Shown here: positions 8,665 through 17,308 of the stretch, one piece after another
How the letters are laid out: the number at the start of each line of letters is the position of its first letter
Numbering within the stretch: position 1 is the stretch's first letter
DNA from: a virus
Lineage: Duplodnaviria > Caudoviricetes
Length of the DNA stretch: 43,226 nucleotides
Direction: 5' to 3' (one strand)
IMG/VR virus record: IMGVR_UViG_3300049044_000016
Location: 1 to 43,226 of that record
The notes under the pieces: model-generated
Seen by the model: the letters and a program-made list of their open reading frames with translations, nothing else
Databases searched by the model: none
Told to the model about the DNA's origin: nothing
Position numbers and translations under genes: made by a program

Positions 8665-9432
8665 TTATATTTGTGTATGGGAATGGTTCCCGACTGCAAC
8701 GAACGTAACTGTTCCGCCACCGTCAACCATTAGAACAGTTCCGTCTGGTATCCCGTGGTTATGGCCGCCGGATAAACTAGTGCTGTCGCCAGAGGCTGCT
8801 TTCGCATCTAATTCCATTTGCAAGGTTGTAGTTGAATCAAAATTAATAATGCTGCTCCAATCATCAAATGTGAAAATATTGCCCATTCTAGTCCCCATCG
8901 TTCCACCGTCAATAACCATCGGATTCGTAGAGCTATTATTAAATATTTCGAATCCAAGTAACATGTCCATACGTGCCTGTAGAGTACCTCCCGCAAAAAA
9001 GTTTAGAGAAGGAGCGCCGCCGTAATCAGCTTCAACAGCAATATAATCATTCGCCGTATTGAATGCCCCGAACAGATCATTATTCGGGTCTATGACCACC
9101 TTCGGGTATCCGGATGCTGATTGGATAGTAGCGCTGGTCATTGTGACAGCTCCGTTAATGTCGACTGTGAACGTGTCGAATGTTCCGTTGTTCACGACCA
9201 TGCCGTTACCGTCGATTTGAATGTATGCTCCTGCTGTCAGGTCGGAACGGATCGTTACAATGCCAGCGTTTAATATGCCTGTGTCGATATTGGAGGCCGT
9301 AAGCGATACGACATTAAGCGAATCGAGATTTAGCAGCGTGTTATTGTAGTCCTGTATAAGCTTGTTAAGCTTTTGTACGACCTCTGTAAAGTCCGGTTTA
9401 GGCGATAGTGTTGTTATTGTCGGTAGCGCCAT
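8665..9432 (-). CDS. Tail needle / fibre-like protein
   Basis: N-terminal coiled coil then beta-rich G/T/N repeats; located after the tail nozzle gene. Confidence 0.55.
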   Translation of the reverse strand: MALPTITTLSPKPDFTEVVQKLNKLIQDYNNTLLNLDSLNVVSLTASNIDTGILNAGIVTIRSDLTAGAYIQIDGNGMVVNNGTFDTFTVDINGAVTMTSATIQSASGYPKVVIDPNNDLFGAFNTANDYIAVEADYGGAPSLNFFAGGTLQARMDMLLGFEIFNNSSTNPMVIDGGTMGTRMGNIFTFDDWSSIINFDSTTTLQMELDAKAASGDSTSLSGGHNHGIPDGTVLMVDGGGTVTFVAVGNHSHTQI

Positions 9433-9619
9433 TCATCATCCCCCTAACCGCCTCCACGGCCTTTCTAAGCGCTTCTACACGTCCGTCCATTGCCTTGATA
9501 CCGTCTTGATCGTTAACGGATTCTAGAGCCGTTCTGTTCATCTGTAGATCAAATATACGAACCTCGTACTCTTTTATCCTGTGTTCTATCATCTTTTGTT
9601 TTTCCTCTGTCGTTAGCAT
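9398..9619 (-). CDS. Small coiled-coil hypothetical protein (73 aa, start MLTTEEK)
   Basis: RBS GGAGGT before the ATG at 9619. Confidence 0.7.
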   Translation of the reverse strand: MLTTEEKQKMIEHRIKEYEVRIFDLQMNRTALESVNDQDGIKAMDGRVEALRKAVEAVRGMMNGATDNNNTIA

Positions 9620-9629
9620 GGTTAACCTC

Positions 9630-11054
9630 CTAATACTGGACAGTCTGAAGTCTCGAATATCGCTGCACCTCTTGAATGGTTGCTGGCCCTGTACCACTCA
9701 GGCGATAAGAGTAGAAATGGCATAAAGGTATCGTATCTAGCGGGACTATCATATTCTTGTTCTGCGTTGCCGATGCTGTGCCGGTCGGATCGTAACTAAT
9801 CGAGTACCACGTCGATCCGATTTCATCGGGAGCCACTTCAACCGATAATGTCGTACCACTTGGGAAAAGTCCTTGTAGGTGCATTTCCCATAATTCTTTC
9901 TCGCTCTCTTTCATCCCCTCATCGAATGGCTTGGATTGGACAAGCCAAGGAATCGCCGTTCCTGCATCTGTCGTACCGTCATTCATCTTGTATGTCTGTC
10001 CGCTACTATCGCCGCAGTAGGCCGTATTGTTGAGCTGAGCTCCGAAACGTAAGCTTGGAAGATTAGCACTGTACGGGTACCACTTTTTGAATCGTGTGTC
10101 GTATACAAGGCATGTGTCAGGCTGAGTATTCGCGCCGGTCGGAATACATAGATAATAGCGGTCATCGTCCGTAAAGGCGAATGCATTCGAAATGGCCGAT
10201 GAATTGATGCTGTCAATGTACCGCTTTATCGGTGCTCCGATTGGTGAAGCAGCGCCGCCAGCTCCGATATATACGTCTGTCTCGCCAAGCCAGAACAGGT
10301 ATTCCGCGCACTCTAGCAATGTTTTATATGACGCACAGCCAATGTCGTTTGAACCTTCAACAAGGCGGTGTGTGATCCGACTATCGCCAGTATGGAATAT
10401 GAGGCAATAAGCGTCTTTCTTGAACGCCCATATCTGTCCAGCGTAAGCTTTTAACGCGGTAACTGGACCGCCTCGGTCGGTGTAGAATTGAACAGCACCG
10501 CTATTTTCAGGTGTAGTCCAATCCGTAGCATCCTGGAACGCACAATAGTAAATAACGTCTTCTGTACCGGATACGCCAGCAGTATACACGCGCCTGTTAT
10601 CAGATGCCACATACTTACCTTCTGGCATATCAGCTAATGCTGCCAAGGCCGATCCGTTCCAATACTGCGGCGTGTCCGTCCCATTGGTAACAATGAGCGC
10701 TTGTCCTCCAATATCGAAGTTAGTTGCATCCCAATCGGTATCGGTCCATGTTCCAGATATGTCCGTCCATGTTGTTCCTGTGCTGTTATACTGCAATTTT
10801 GTTCCAACAGCCCGCACAAGATGGACATTACCGAAGTTCGTCAGCAGCCTTGTTGTCGCCGCTCCAGATGCGCCGTACGTTGTCCTTCCACGTCTTACCT
10901 TAATCGCTGGATATTCGTCGAAATCCCACCCGTAACCGTCTACAATCGCATTATCGGCAATAAAAAAAGGACTCTTTTCTGTATCGAGTCCCTCCGTAAA
11001 GTTATTTGCAGATCGTTTGTCCATGTTACGAGGCAAGTTTTGCCAGATCGCCAT
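9630..11054 (-). CDS. Tail nozzle / tubular protein B-like (P22 gp10 / T7 gp12-type beta-propeller)
   Basis: Start MAIWQN with RBS GGAGG; W/G/D-rich propeller-like repeats; follows the adaptor gene. Confidence 0.7.
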   Translation of the reverse strand: MAIWQNLPRNMDKRSANNFTEGLDTEKSPFFIADNAIVDGYGWDFDEYPAIKVRRGRTTYGASGAATTRLLTNFGNVHLVRAVGTKLQYNSTGTTWTDISGTWTDTDWDATNFDIGGQALIVTNGTDTPQYWNGSALAALADMPEGKYVASDNRRVYTAGVSGTEDVIYYCAFQDATDWTTPENSGAVQFYTDRGGPVTALKAYAGQIWAFKKDAYCLIFHTGDSRITHRLVEGSNDIGCASYKTLLECAEYLFWLGETDVYIGAGGAASPIGAPIKRYIDSINSSAISNAFAFTDDDRYYLCIPTGANTQPDTCLVYDTRFKKWYPYSANLPSLRFGAQLNNTAYCGDSSGQTYKMNDGTTDAGTAIPWLVQSKPFDEGMKESEKELWEMHLQGLFPSGTTLSVEVAPDEIGSTWYSISYDPTGTASATQNKNMIVPLDTIPLCHFYSYRLSGTGPATIQEVQRYSRLQTVQY

Positions 11055-11055
11055 A

Positions 11056-11730
11056 TCAATTCCTCCAGATGGACGCCCAACCACCATAAGTTACATTCCA
11101 TTGTGGGCGGTAGTTACCGTCTATCGCTTGCGAGAATTCCGGTTCCTTTAGTTTTCTTGCCCACAAAACGTCAGCAATCTTCTGCTCATACTCAGCCGAA
11201 TAGTTAGAAACCATAATGCTGTCTTTTCGAGCCATTGCGATACGTTTCAATACGCCAAGCTTGAGCAATTCTTGGTACTTGGTTGGTAGATTCGGAGCAA
11301 CACTAAGATTCGCTGACGTAACTTGGTCTGGGTCGCTGTCTGTGTAGATGTAGACTGTGTGATCGTCAGGCACCGTGTCAGGAACGTACAGGTACATCGC
11401 GTCGCTGATAATGGTATACCAAGGCGCTGTAATCACGTATTGACGGTCATCGTTGCGTAAAAAAGGAACCTCCACGAATGAAGGTTCCGGATCTGTATTT
11501 TCACTGATTTGATACGTTACGGTTTTTATCTTCGTTGTATCAAACTGGTCAGGGAACGGATAAAAGTTCTCTCCTGCCACCGTCTGGAACGTGTACGGGG
11601 AGCTGTCCAGTTCGAGGACGTCGAATAACTCCTGCTGCTCCTCGTTGAACCATACAAGTTTCTCGTCGGTAGTGAAACTATTACGATAACGAAGGTTGAT
11701 GTCGTCTAGTATTTGTTGTGATGATGGCAT
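11056..11730 (-). CDS. Head-tail adaptor (tubular protein A-like)
   Basis: Typical size and motifs (WFNEEQQEL, ENFYPFPDQF, PNLPTKYQELL) and position. Confidence 0.7.
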   Translation of the reverse strand: MPSSQQILDDINLRYRNSFTTDEKLVWFNEEQQELFDVLELDSSPYTFQTVAGENFYPFPDQFDTTKIKTVTYQISENTDPEPSFVEVPFLRNDDRQYVITAPWYTIISDAMYLYVPDTVPDDHTVYIYTDSDPDQVTSANLSVAPNLPTKYQELLKLGVLKRIAMARKDSIMVSNYSAEYEQKIADVLWARKLKEPEFSQAIDGNYRPQWNVTYGGWASIWRN

Positions 11731-11753
11731 ATATTTTCCTCCCCCCTAACGAT

Positions 11754-13199
11754 CTACATAGACGCATTATCGCTTGTAGTTACCGTTGCGCCCGTTGTGT
11801 CAACGCCACCCGTTCCCAGCGAACGCCAACGAGTACCAATCAAAGTATGTCCACCACCTGCTGAAATGACAGCTGCATAACGCGCTGTACCGTATGCGAC
11901 ATTACCATTAAGCAACGAACGGTTGGAAGTTTGTACACTAATTGCATCGTACGTATTGGATGCACCATAGCTTGCATCTTGAACAATGTTTTGATCGATG
12001 CGGCATATATCAGTTGCTAGGACAACAATTCCCTCTCTAGGGCTACGATTGATTGTATTGTTATTTATTTCGCAGCATATGCCGCCTTCCAGTTTAACAC
12101 CGTACAGCCCAACACCTTCTTGATCAATTGTATTGTTGTTTAAAATAACCCTACTCATAGTTGATCCTGTGCCGGTACAAGTAGCGAGGATACCGCCCTC
12201 TGTAGCGCCATCAATCGTGTTATTTGTTACAATGATATTCTTTAGTGTCTGATTATTATGTGCTGTGGTATTGTATATCCGTATTCCCCTCGTTGGGCTT
12301 CTGAACACATTCCCATTGATGGTTATGGATTCGCTTGATTCATCCCCTATGAAGACACCATCTTTACAATTGATTGTCGAGTTCCCTTCGACAAGCATAA
12401 ATCTACCGCCTAGCATATCGATGGCGTTGTCGTTGAACCCCGATACATAGTTCCCGATAATACGCCCGCTGTTCCCGCGCTGATTGCTTATACCTTGGTT
12501 GCCAGTAAGGCCGTTCTTAGCTGTGATTTTGTTTCCTAAGCAAAGGTATCCGCTGATAGCAGTTGTACCCCTAAAATAAACGCCCCAATTGCATAGGTCC
12601 ATGATATTATTTGTTACCATGCACTCGTCAGCATCTGCAATATAGATCGTGCAATTAAACGGGCTTACGACAGCCGAGCCATTCCCGCAATTCAGCATGT
12701 AATTCTGTTCCACTCTGCTCAAACTAGCTCCGGACTGTACCTCAACTGCAGAAGCAGGAACGTCCGTAAACTTACACCGCAGAACACTAGATTTAGGTGC
12801 AGTACCCTCGATGATTACGCCTCTTCCATCTGTTCGTCCTGTACCTACAAATGATATGTTTTGAATCGAATGAGCAGCGTTTTTGAAACGTAAAAAAGGG
12901 ACGTTTGCTCCAAGTTTCAGAGTGCCGCCCCCTTCAATTCTAACTGGTATAGTTCCATCAACTATCAACGTTGATGTGATAAGAAATGTTGATCCTTGTG
13001 GAATCCATACTGTTCCACCAACTAATTCTGCTGCGTTAAACGCTTCTTGTATATCCGCCGCATCATCGGTTGTTCCGTCGCCTTTCGCACCATAAGCTTT
13101 TACATTATATATGATGCTTGACCATGTTTGTTTATTGGTCAGATAATTTCCGATCTGACTACTAACGATTTCATTAACACGACTCATCGGGGAAACCAT
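11754..13199 (-). CDS. Right-handed beta-helix (pectate lyase 3-like) spike / depolymerase
   Basis: YNVKAYGAKGDGTTDD signature and parallel beta-helix repeats. Confidence 0.85.
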   Translation of the reverse strand: MVSPMSRVNEIVSSQIGNYLTNKQTWSSIIYNVKAYGAKGDGTTDDAADIQEAFNAAELVGGTVWIPQGSTFLITSTLIVDGTIPVRIEGGGTLKLGANVPFLRFKNAAHSIQNISFVGTGRTDGRGVIIEGTAPKSSVLRCKFTDVPASAVEVQSGASLSRVEQNYMLNCGNGSAVVSPFNCTIYIADADECMVTNNIMDLCNWGVYFRGTTAISGYLCLGNKITAKNGLTGNQGISNQRGNSGRIIGNYVSGFNDNAIDMLGGRFMLVEGNSTINCKDGVFIGDESSESITINGNVFRSPTRGIRIYNTTAHNNQTLKNIIVTNNTIDGATEGGILATCTGTGSTMSRVILNNNTIDQEGVGLYGVKLEGGICCEINNNTINRSPREGIVVLATDICRIDQNIVQDASYGASNTYDAISVQTSNRSLLNGNVAYGTARYAAVISAGGGHTLIGTRWRSLGTGGVDTTGATVTTSDNASM

Positions 13200-13214
13200 T
13201 TCGATCCCCTCCTA

Positions 13215-13472
13215 TTAGTAAAGTGCCAAAATGTTTGTTGCTGTTGTTGACGTTGTGTTAACCCGTACTACCGATACTGGCAATACACCGACCGGAACCG
13301 CCTTAAATGTTACCGTGTCACCATCAGCCATGAGTGCCACTACGTCTCCTGTAACGCCGATATAAAGCCCCTTGGTAAATGCTTGACCTGTTGGGTGGGA
13401 TATTGCTACCGTATCGCTAGGCGTGACCGCTACGGCTCCCTGATAGCCTGTGTCTGTGCGAAGATTGCTCAT
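13215..13472 (-). CDS. Head spike base protein (RcGTA Rcc01079-like)
   Basis: AVTPSD...GLYIGVTGDV...VTFKAVPVG-VLPVSVVRV...TTATNILALY pattern, recognised from memory. Confidence 0.7.
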   Translation of the reverse strand: MSNLRTDTGYQGAVAVTPSDTVAISHPTGQAFTKGLYIGVTGDVVALMADGDTVTFKAVPVGVLPVSVVRVNTTSTTATNILALY

Positions 13473-13474
13473 TG

Positions 13475-13633
13475 TTAAACACTCCGTTTCTGCCGGCCTC
13501 GGCGGTTAATAGGTGTTTCGTCTTGCTCTAACGCTTGCGCATTGCGTTGGAGCAGTTGTCGAATTTGACGAAGTTCGTTTAGCAAGTCGTTGTCGTATCT
13601 CTCGCGTGCTGTATTGCCTTGGAAGTGATCCAC
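13475..13633 (-). CDS. Hypothetical protein, 52 aa (MDHFQGNTARERYDNDLLNELRQIRQLL...)
   Basis: RBS AGGAGGG, GTG start, fills the gap between genes. Confidence 0.6.
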   Translation of the reverse strand: MDHFQGNTARERYDNDLLNELRQIRQLLQRNAQALEQDETPINRRGRQKRSV

Positions 13634-13652
13634 TCTAAGCCCTCCTATACAG

Positions 13653-13675
13653 AAAAAGAGGGGCTTTCGCCCCTC
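13653..13675 (-). terminator. Intrinsic terminator after the capsid cluster
   Basis: GAGGGGC-GAAA-GCCCCTC-TTTTT. Confidence 0.8.
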
Positions 13676-13849
13676 CTACTTGGATTCCATGCGACCAGCT
13701 ACCAATAGCTCAGCACGCATGGCGTTAAATATTTTTTCCTGCTCGTCAATCGGCAGTCTAGAGAACGTTTTGTACGTTCCTGGATTGTCCAGTTTCTTAC
13801 CGACAGGAGCGCCGTCACGCGTTCCCACATCCCACTTAACAGGTTCCAT
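13676..13849 (-). CDS. Hypothetical protein, 57 aa (start MEPVKW)
   Basis: RBS GGAGG before the ATG at 13849. Confidence 0.6.
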   Translation of the reverse strand: MEPVKWDVGTRDGAPVGKKLDNPGTYKTFSRLPIDEQEKIFNAMRAELLVAGRMESK

Positions 13850-13851
13850 AC

Positions 13852-14199
13852 TTAACGCCTCCAGACTACAACGCCCCATGTGCCAGAGGCGAGGTCAACG
13901 GTTGATCCGCTGCAGCTGGTCAGCGATATTTTGATCGTATTTGCTGCACTCACAGCGCCTTGATACATAATTCCTTGCATATCATAAGGCGGGTACAGAT
14001 CGACTTTATCGCCAAGTGCTGCACCTGTAACGGTAATGCCAGACGACACAGCAAAAGCCCCTGTCGTGAGCGAGGGAGGATCGAACGTAATCGTCGTACT
14101 AACAACTGCATCTGGTGCAGTTACACCTGACACCGTGACGAATCCATCAGCCGTTACAACGCCAGTACCTTGCGCGTTAGTAAAGTTTACCCCTGGCAT
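13852..14199 (-). CDS. Putative capsid decoration / fibre protein
   Basis: T/G/V-rich beta protein directly after the capsid gene; strong RBS. Confidence 0.5.
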   Translation of the reverse strand: MPGVNFTNAQGTGVVTADGFVTVSGVTAPDAVVSTTITFDPPSLTTGAFAVSSGITVTGAALGDKVDLYPPYDMQGIMYQGAVSAANTIKISLTSCSGSTVDLASGTWGVVVWRR

Positions 14200-14212
14200 A
14201 TGCTATCCCTCC

Positions 14213-15109
14213 TTAGCCTGCGCTACCCACAAGATGGCGCCAGTTTTCCGCTTTAGGATTCAGACGCATGTAACCCAGCCATGACTGCGAACCATTTTTG
14301 TTCATGATCGGGTATTTCGAGAATTCCGGTTGATCCCACCAGATCATATTCAGCTTGTGGCGCGGCCCCATGATAAACCAGCGCGTCTCCGTGTATGCGT
14401 CCCAGAAGTCATTGACAACAAGCTCCATATTAGGCAGAACGTTCTTGTCGTTGTTGGCCGAACCGGAAACGAGCGACGATTGCAGGATCGTTGCCGCTGT
14501 AAACTGCAGCGCCTGCGGTATAACCAGTTTGTTCACGCGACTAGAAATCTTTTTGCCGCCTTCGTCGCGTTGCTTACGGAACAGGATGATTGCCGATTTA
14601 AGGTTCGCATCCGTCAGCGCACCAGAAGCAAGGTTATCCTGCGTGCCGCCGTCATCTCCGTAGTTCGGGTGATCATTGGCAAACGTCGCTTTTCCGTCAT
14701 AGCCAGAACCTAGCGTGTTCGTGTACATTTCTTCGAGGTATTGCGCAGCCAAGTCTTCTACAGCCTCACGTCCAGCGTGGCCTGCGTCCTTGGACATGTT
14801 AGCTACCTCGTCGTACAGCTCATCTTTGATCTGTTCACGCGACATGGTAACCTCAGATTTGAAAATCTGCCCTTGCGTGAACACCAACGGACCTAACAGG
14901 TAGCGCTGCTCGTTCGGGTTGCCGTTCTCCGTCGATACTTCCCACGCACCCATTCCTGCAATGATCTGCGTCGTGCGGTTATTCGTCTTCGCCGTTTCGG
15001 TGTTATAGATGCGGCTCCATTGTTCCGGTTCTTCGTCCCAACCTTCGAAGAATGCCTCGTCAATGCGACGTGTATAGAGATTCTGGAATTGTCCTGTATT
15101 CATTGCCAT
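14213..15109 (-). CDS. Major capsid protein (HK97 fold, Mu gpT-like)
   Basis: Motifs GYDGKATFANDHP, KLVIPQAL; size and position after the scaffold. Confidence 0.85.
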   Translation of the reverse strand: MAMNTGQFQNLYTRRIDEAFFEGWDEEPEQWSRIYNTETAKTNNRTTQIIAGMGAWEVSTENGNPNEQRYLLGPLVFTQGQIFKSEVTMSREQIKDELYDEVANMSKDAGHAGREAVEDLAAQYLEEMYTNTLGSGYDGKATFANDHPNYGDDGGTQDNLASGALTDANLKSAIILFRKQRDEGGKKISSRVNKLVIPQALQFTAATILQSSLVSGSANNDKNVLPNMELVVNDFWDAYTETRWFIMGPRHKLNMIWWDQPEFSKYPIMNKNGSQSWLGYMRLNPKAENWRHLVGSAG

Positions 15110-15123
15110 TGTCGTTTACCCCC

Positions 15124-15567
15124 TTAGCCGATAATTGCGATATTCGCCGCAGCGAAGATCACGTCAGCCGTGTCATTGTCGTTGTCGTATGCTACTACCG
15201 AGCACATACCGCCCGTTGTATCGTCCAAATCAATCGTCGTGCCATTGTCGATGTCAAACAGCGTTGTCACGAGGTCTGTGTCAGCCAGTGAAGTTTTAGA
15301 CGATCCAGTATAATCCATGCGAACCACGATGCCCGTTAGTGGAATAACGTCGATTGCATCGTCTGCCGTGACTGATGCTCCCGTTGTGATGGATTGGCAT
15401 GCAATACCTACAAGCGTCGTAGATGCTGCAGCAGCTGCTTCAATCCAGCGGCTAGTAGCATCGATCTGAACGATATCGCCCTCGGAAATGGTCTGGCTTA
15501 CGTCTACGCGCCAGCGTTTGGCGATTGGCTGGTTGTATCCGCTAACGTTGCGAATGTATCTTGCCAT
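15124..15567 (-). CDS. Capsid cement / auxiliary protein
   Basis: Between scaffold and capsid genes; beta-rich (ISEGDIVQID, LVGIA). Confidence 0.55.
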   Translation of the reverse strand: MARYIRNVSGYNQPIAKRWRVDVSQTISEGDIVQIDATSRWIEAAAAASTTLVGIACQSITTGASVTADDAIDVIPLTGIVVRMDYTGSSKTSLADTDLVTTLFDIDNGTTIDLDDTTGGMCSVVAYDNDNDTADVIFAAANIAIIG

Positions 15568-15570
15568 GTG

Positions 15571-16458
15571 TTACTTCCTCCCTTGTCTGGCTTTGCGCCA
15601 TTCTGATAGATTCTTTGGTTTGTCATCCGACAGCATGGATCGTACCTGTGCCTCGCTCATGCCTGTCTGTCGCATAAACTGGACAGCTTCAGGCGGTAGC
15701 GGTGCAGGTCCTTGCATGCTTTGTGGAGCGTCGGAAATGACTGTACGCTTCGTTTGTGATCGCTTCGCGATCTCCCGTTGTTCGGCTTCGCGCTTCAATT
15801 GCTGAGCTAGTGCCGATCCACCTACAGCCCAATAAGCTTGTTCCACGTTTGCACGAGGATTAGAGCGGATAAACTCTGTGATTGCGCCTTTCATGGACTT
15901 AATTCCTGGATAATCTGGCGTGTCCGCGAGTTCGTAAACTCGGAGGGCTACGCTATTATCGAGCTGCTGCTTTTCAAGTTGTTGCTGACGCATATACATC
16001 TGCGTTTCTTGTTCGCTCCAACCGTTCGTATAGGCCAGTTGTTCAGCCTCTTGGCGTATCCGGTTAGCTTCCATTTGTTGCATGGCCTGATCCGGTGTGA
16101 TACCGAGCGAATCAAAAAAAGTCTTGTACGGGTTTAGCTGACTTTCGTACTCAGCTTTCAAGCGTGCTTCGGCTTCTTGTTCAGCCTTCTTTCTCTCGCG
16201 CTGTACGCGCTTGTAGAAGGCGTTTTTCTGTTCCTGCGGTATTGGCTCGTCAGCGTCGTTATCGTCGCTTATTTCGCCATCCTCTATCGTCTCCTGCGGT
16301 TCGGAAGGTTCGTATACGTCTGCTTCTTCTTGTGCATCCGTTTCATACTCGACCTCCTGTTGCTGCGCGGCATCCGCAGCCCCTGTGCTATCGTCAGGGT
16401 TAACGCCCGTTTCTTTCTGCTGGCGATATTGCGCCAGTGTCATTGTTTCATCAGCCAT
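15571..16458 (-). CDS. Capsid scaffolding protein
   Basis: Acidic N-terminus, coiled coil, basic C-terminus; upstream of the capsid genes. Confidence 0.75.
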   Translation of the reverse strand: MADETMTLAQYRQQKETGVNPDDSTGAADAAQQQEVEYETDAQEEADVYEPSEPQETIEDGEISDDNDADEPIPQEQKNAFYKRVQRERKKAEQEAEARLKAEYESQLNPYKTFFDSLGITPDQAMQQMEANRIRQEAEQLAYTNGWSEQETQMYMRQQQLEKQQLDNSVALRVYELADTPDYPGIKSMKGAITEFIRSNPRANVEQAYWAVGGSALAQQLKREAEQREIAKRSQTKRTVISDAPQSMQGPAPLPPEAVQFMRQTGMSEAQVRSMLSDDKPKNLSEWRKARQGRK

Positions 16459-16548
16459 GCTGGTAACCTCCGTTTAAGTGGTGGCATCCCACTCTAGATT
16501 GTCACGCCCATGTCGTCTATTCCGACTGTCACGCCGAACGCGTATATG

Positions 16549-16580
16549 AAAAGGGCTATCGCTGCTCTGCGATAGCCCTT
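16549..16580 (-). terminator. Intrinsic terminator upstream of the scaffold gene
   Basis: AAGGGCTATCGC-loop-GCGATAGCCCTT-TT. Confidence 0.7.
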
Positions 16581-16584
16581 CGTT

Positions 16585-16785
16585 TTACGCTTTGCTGTTG
16601 TTTGCTCTGCCGCTCTCGCGGTAGCTGCTGCGCATTCCTTGCATACGACCGTTCTCGTACCCTTTACTCGTCGTTGTGGACGTGTTACTTCCTGCCACAC
16701 CACGCGGGCCGGTGCTGTAACATCCCGTTGCCTTCGCTGATTTCGACGTACCACCAGGACCGACTACTTTTCCTGTCGTTGCCAT
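16585..16785 (-). CDS. Small basic G/S/T-rich protein (66 aa)
   Basis: RBS AAGGGGGTGA; possible DNA-binding core protein (inference). Confidence 0.6.
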   Translation of the reverse strand: MATTGKVVGPGGTSKSAKATGCYSTGPRGVAGSNTSTTTSKGYENGRMQGMRSSYRESGRANNSKA

Positions 16786-16800
16786 GCTATCACCCCCTTT

Positions 16801-17067
16801 CTATCGAAACATTCCTGCTTTGATATGGTCACGCACTTTGTGCCGGCTCCGCGTTTCTGAACGGTACCCGCACGATGGGCACACATAGCCTTGTTGGTGA
16901 GCAAGAGCCGCCTTCTCGCAGCGTTCACACACCAATAGATTAGCCGCCTGTCGGTCGAACCGCTGACCGGACTGCACTTGATTTTGCAGATATGATGCAA
17001 TCAATGGATCGTTACCAACCGCGTGCATGAGGTATCGGGCTTCTGAGTCGGTGATATACCTAGCCAT
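16801..17067 (-). CDS. Zinc-ribbon protein (start MARYITD)
   Basis: CERC...CPSC; RBS GAGGAGG. Confidence 0.7.
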   Translation of the reverse strand: MARYITDSEARYLMHAVGNDPLIASYLQNQVQSGQRFDRQAANLLVCERCEKAALAHQQGYVCPSCGYRSETRSRHKVRDHIKAGMFR

Positions 17068-17308
17068 TGCCGTTCCTCCTCTGCTTTGGTGTGAAACATC
17101 CATTATGGCTATCCTCGTTTATGCAATCTCGCGTTATTTCTGCCATTCCTAGCGCTTCCATGTACGTGTATGCATCATATACGGTCATTGTCGTCCCATC
17201 TTTAAGCGAGAAAGTAACGACGTATTGATCAATATCATGAAAGTTCTCTTCGATATAGTTGATCAATCCTGTTTTCGACTCTGGATAGATTCGCTTAACG
17301 TCTCCCAT
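17060..17308 (-). CDS. Hypothetical protein (82 aa)
   Basis: Coupled to the portal stop codon. Confidence 0.7.
   Translation of the reverse strand: MGDVKRIYPESKTGLINYIEENFHDIDQYVVTFSLKDGTTMTVYDAYTYMEALGMAEITRDCINEDSHNGCFTPKQRRNGNG

Noticed and set aside
14190-14230. Capsid frameshift or read-through into 13852..14199
   Set aside because: No slippery sequence at the capsid 3' end and the downstream gene has its own strong RBS (AAGGAGGG)
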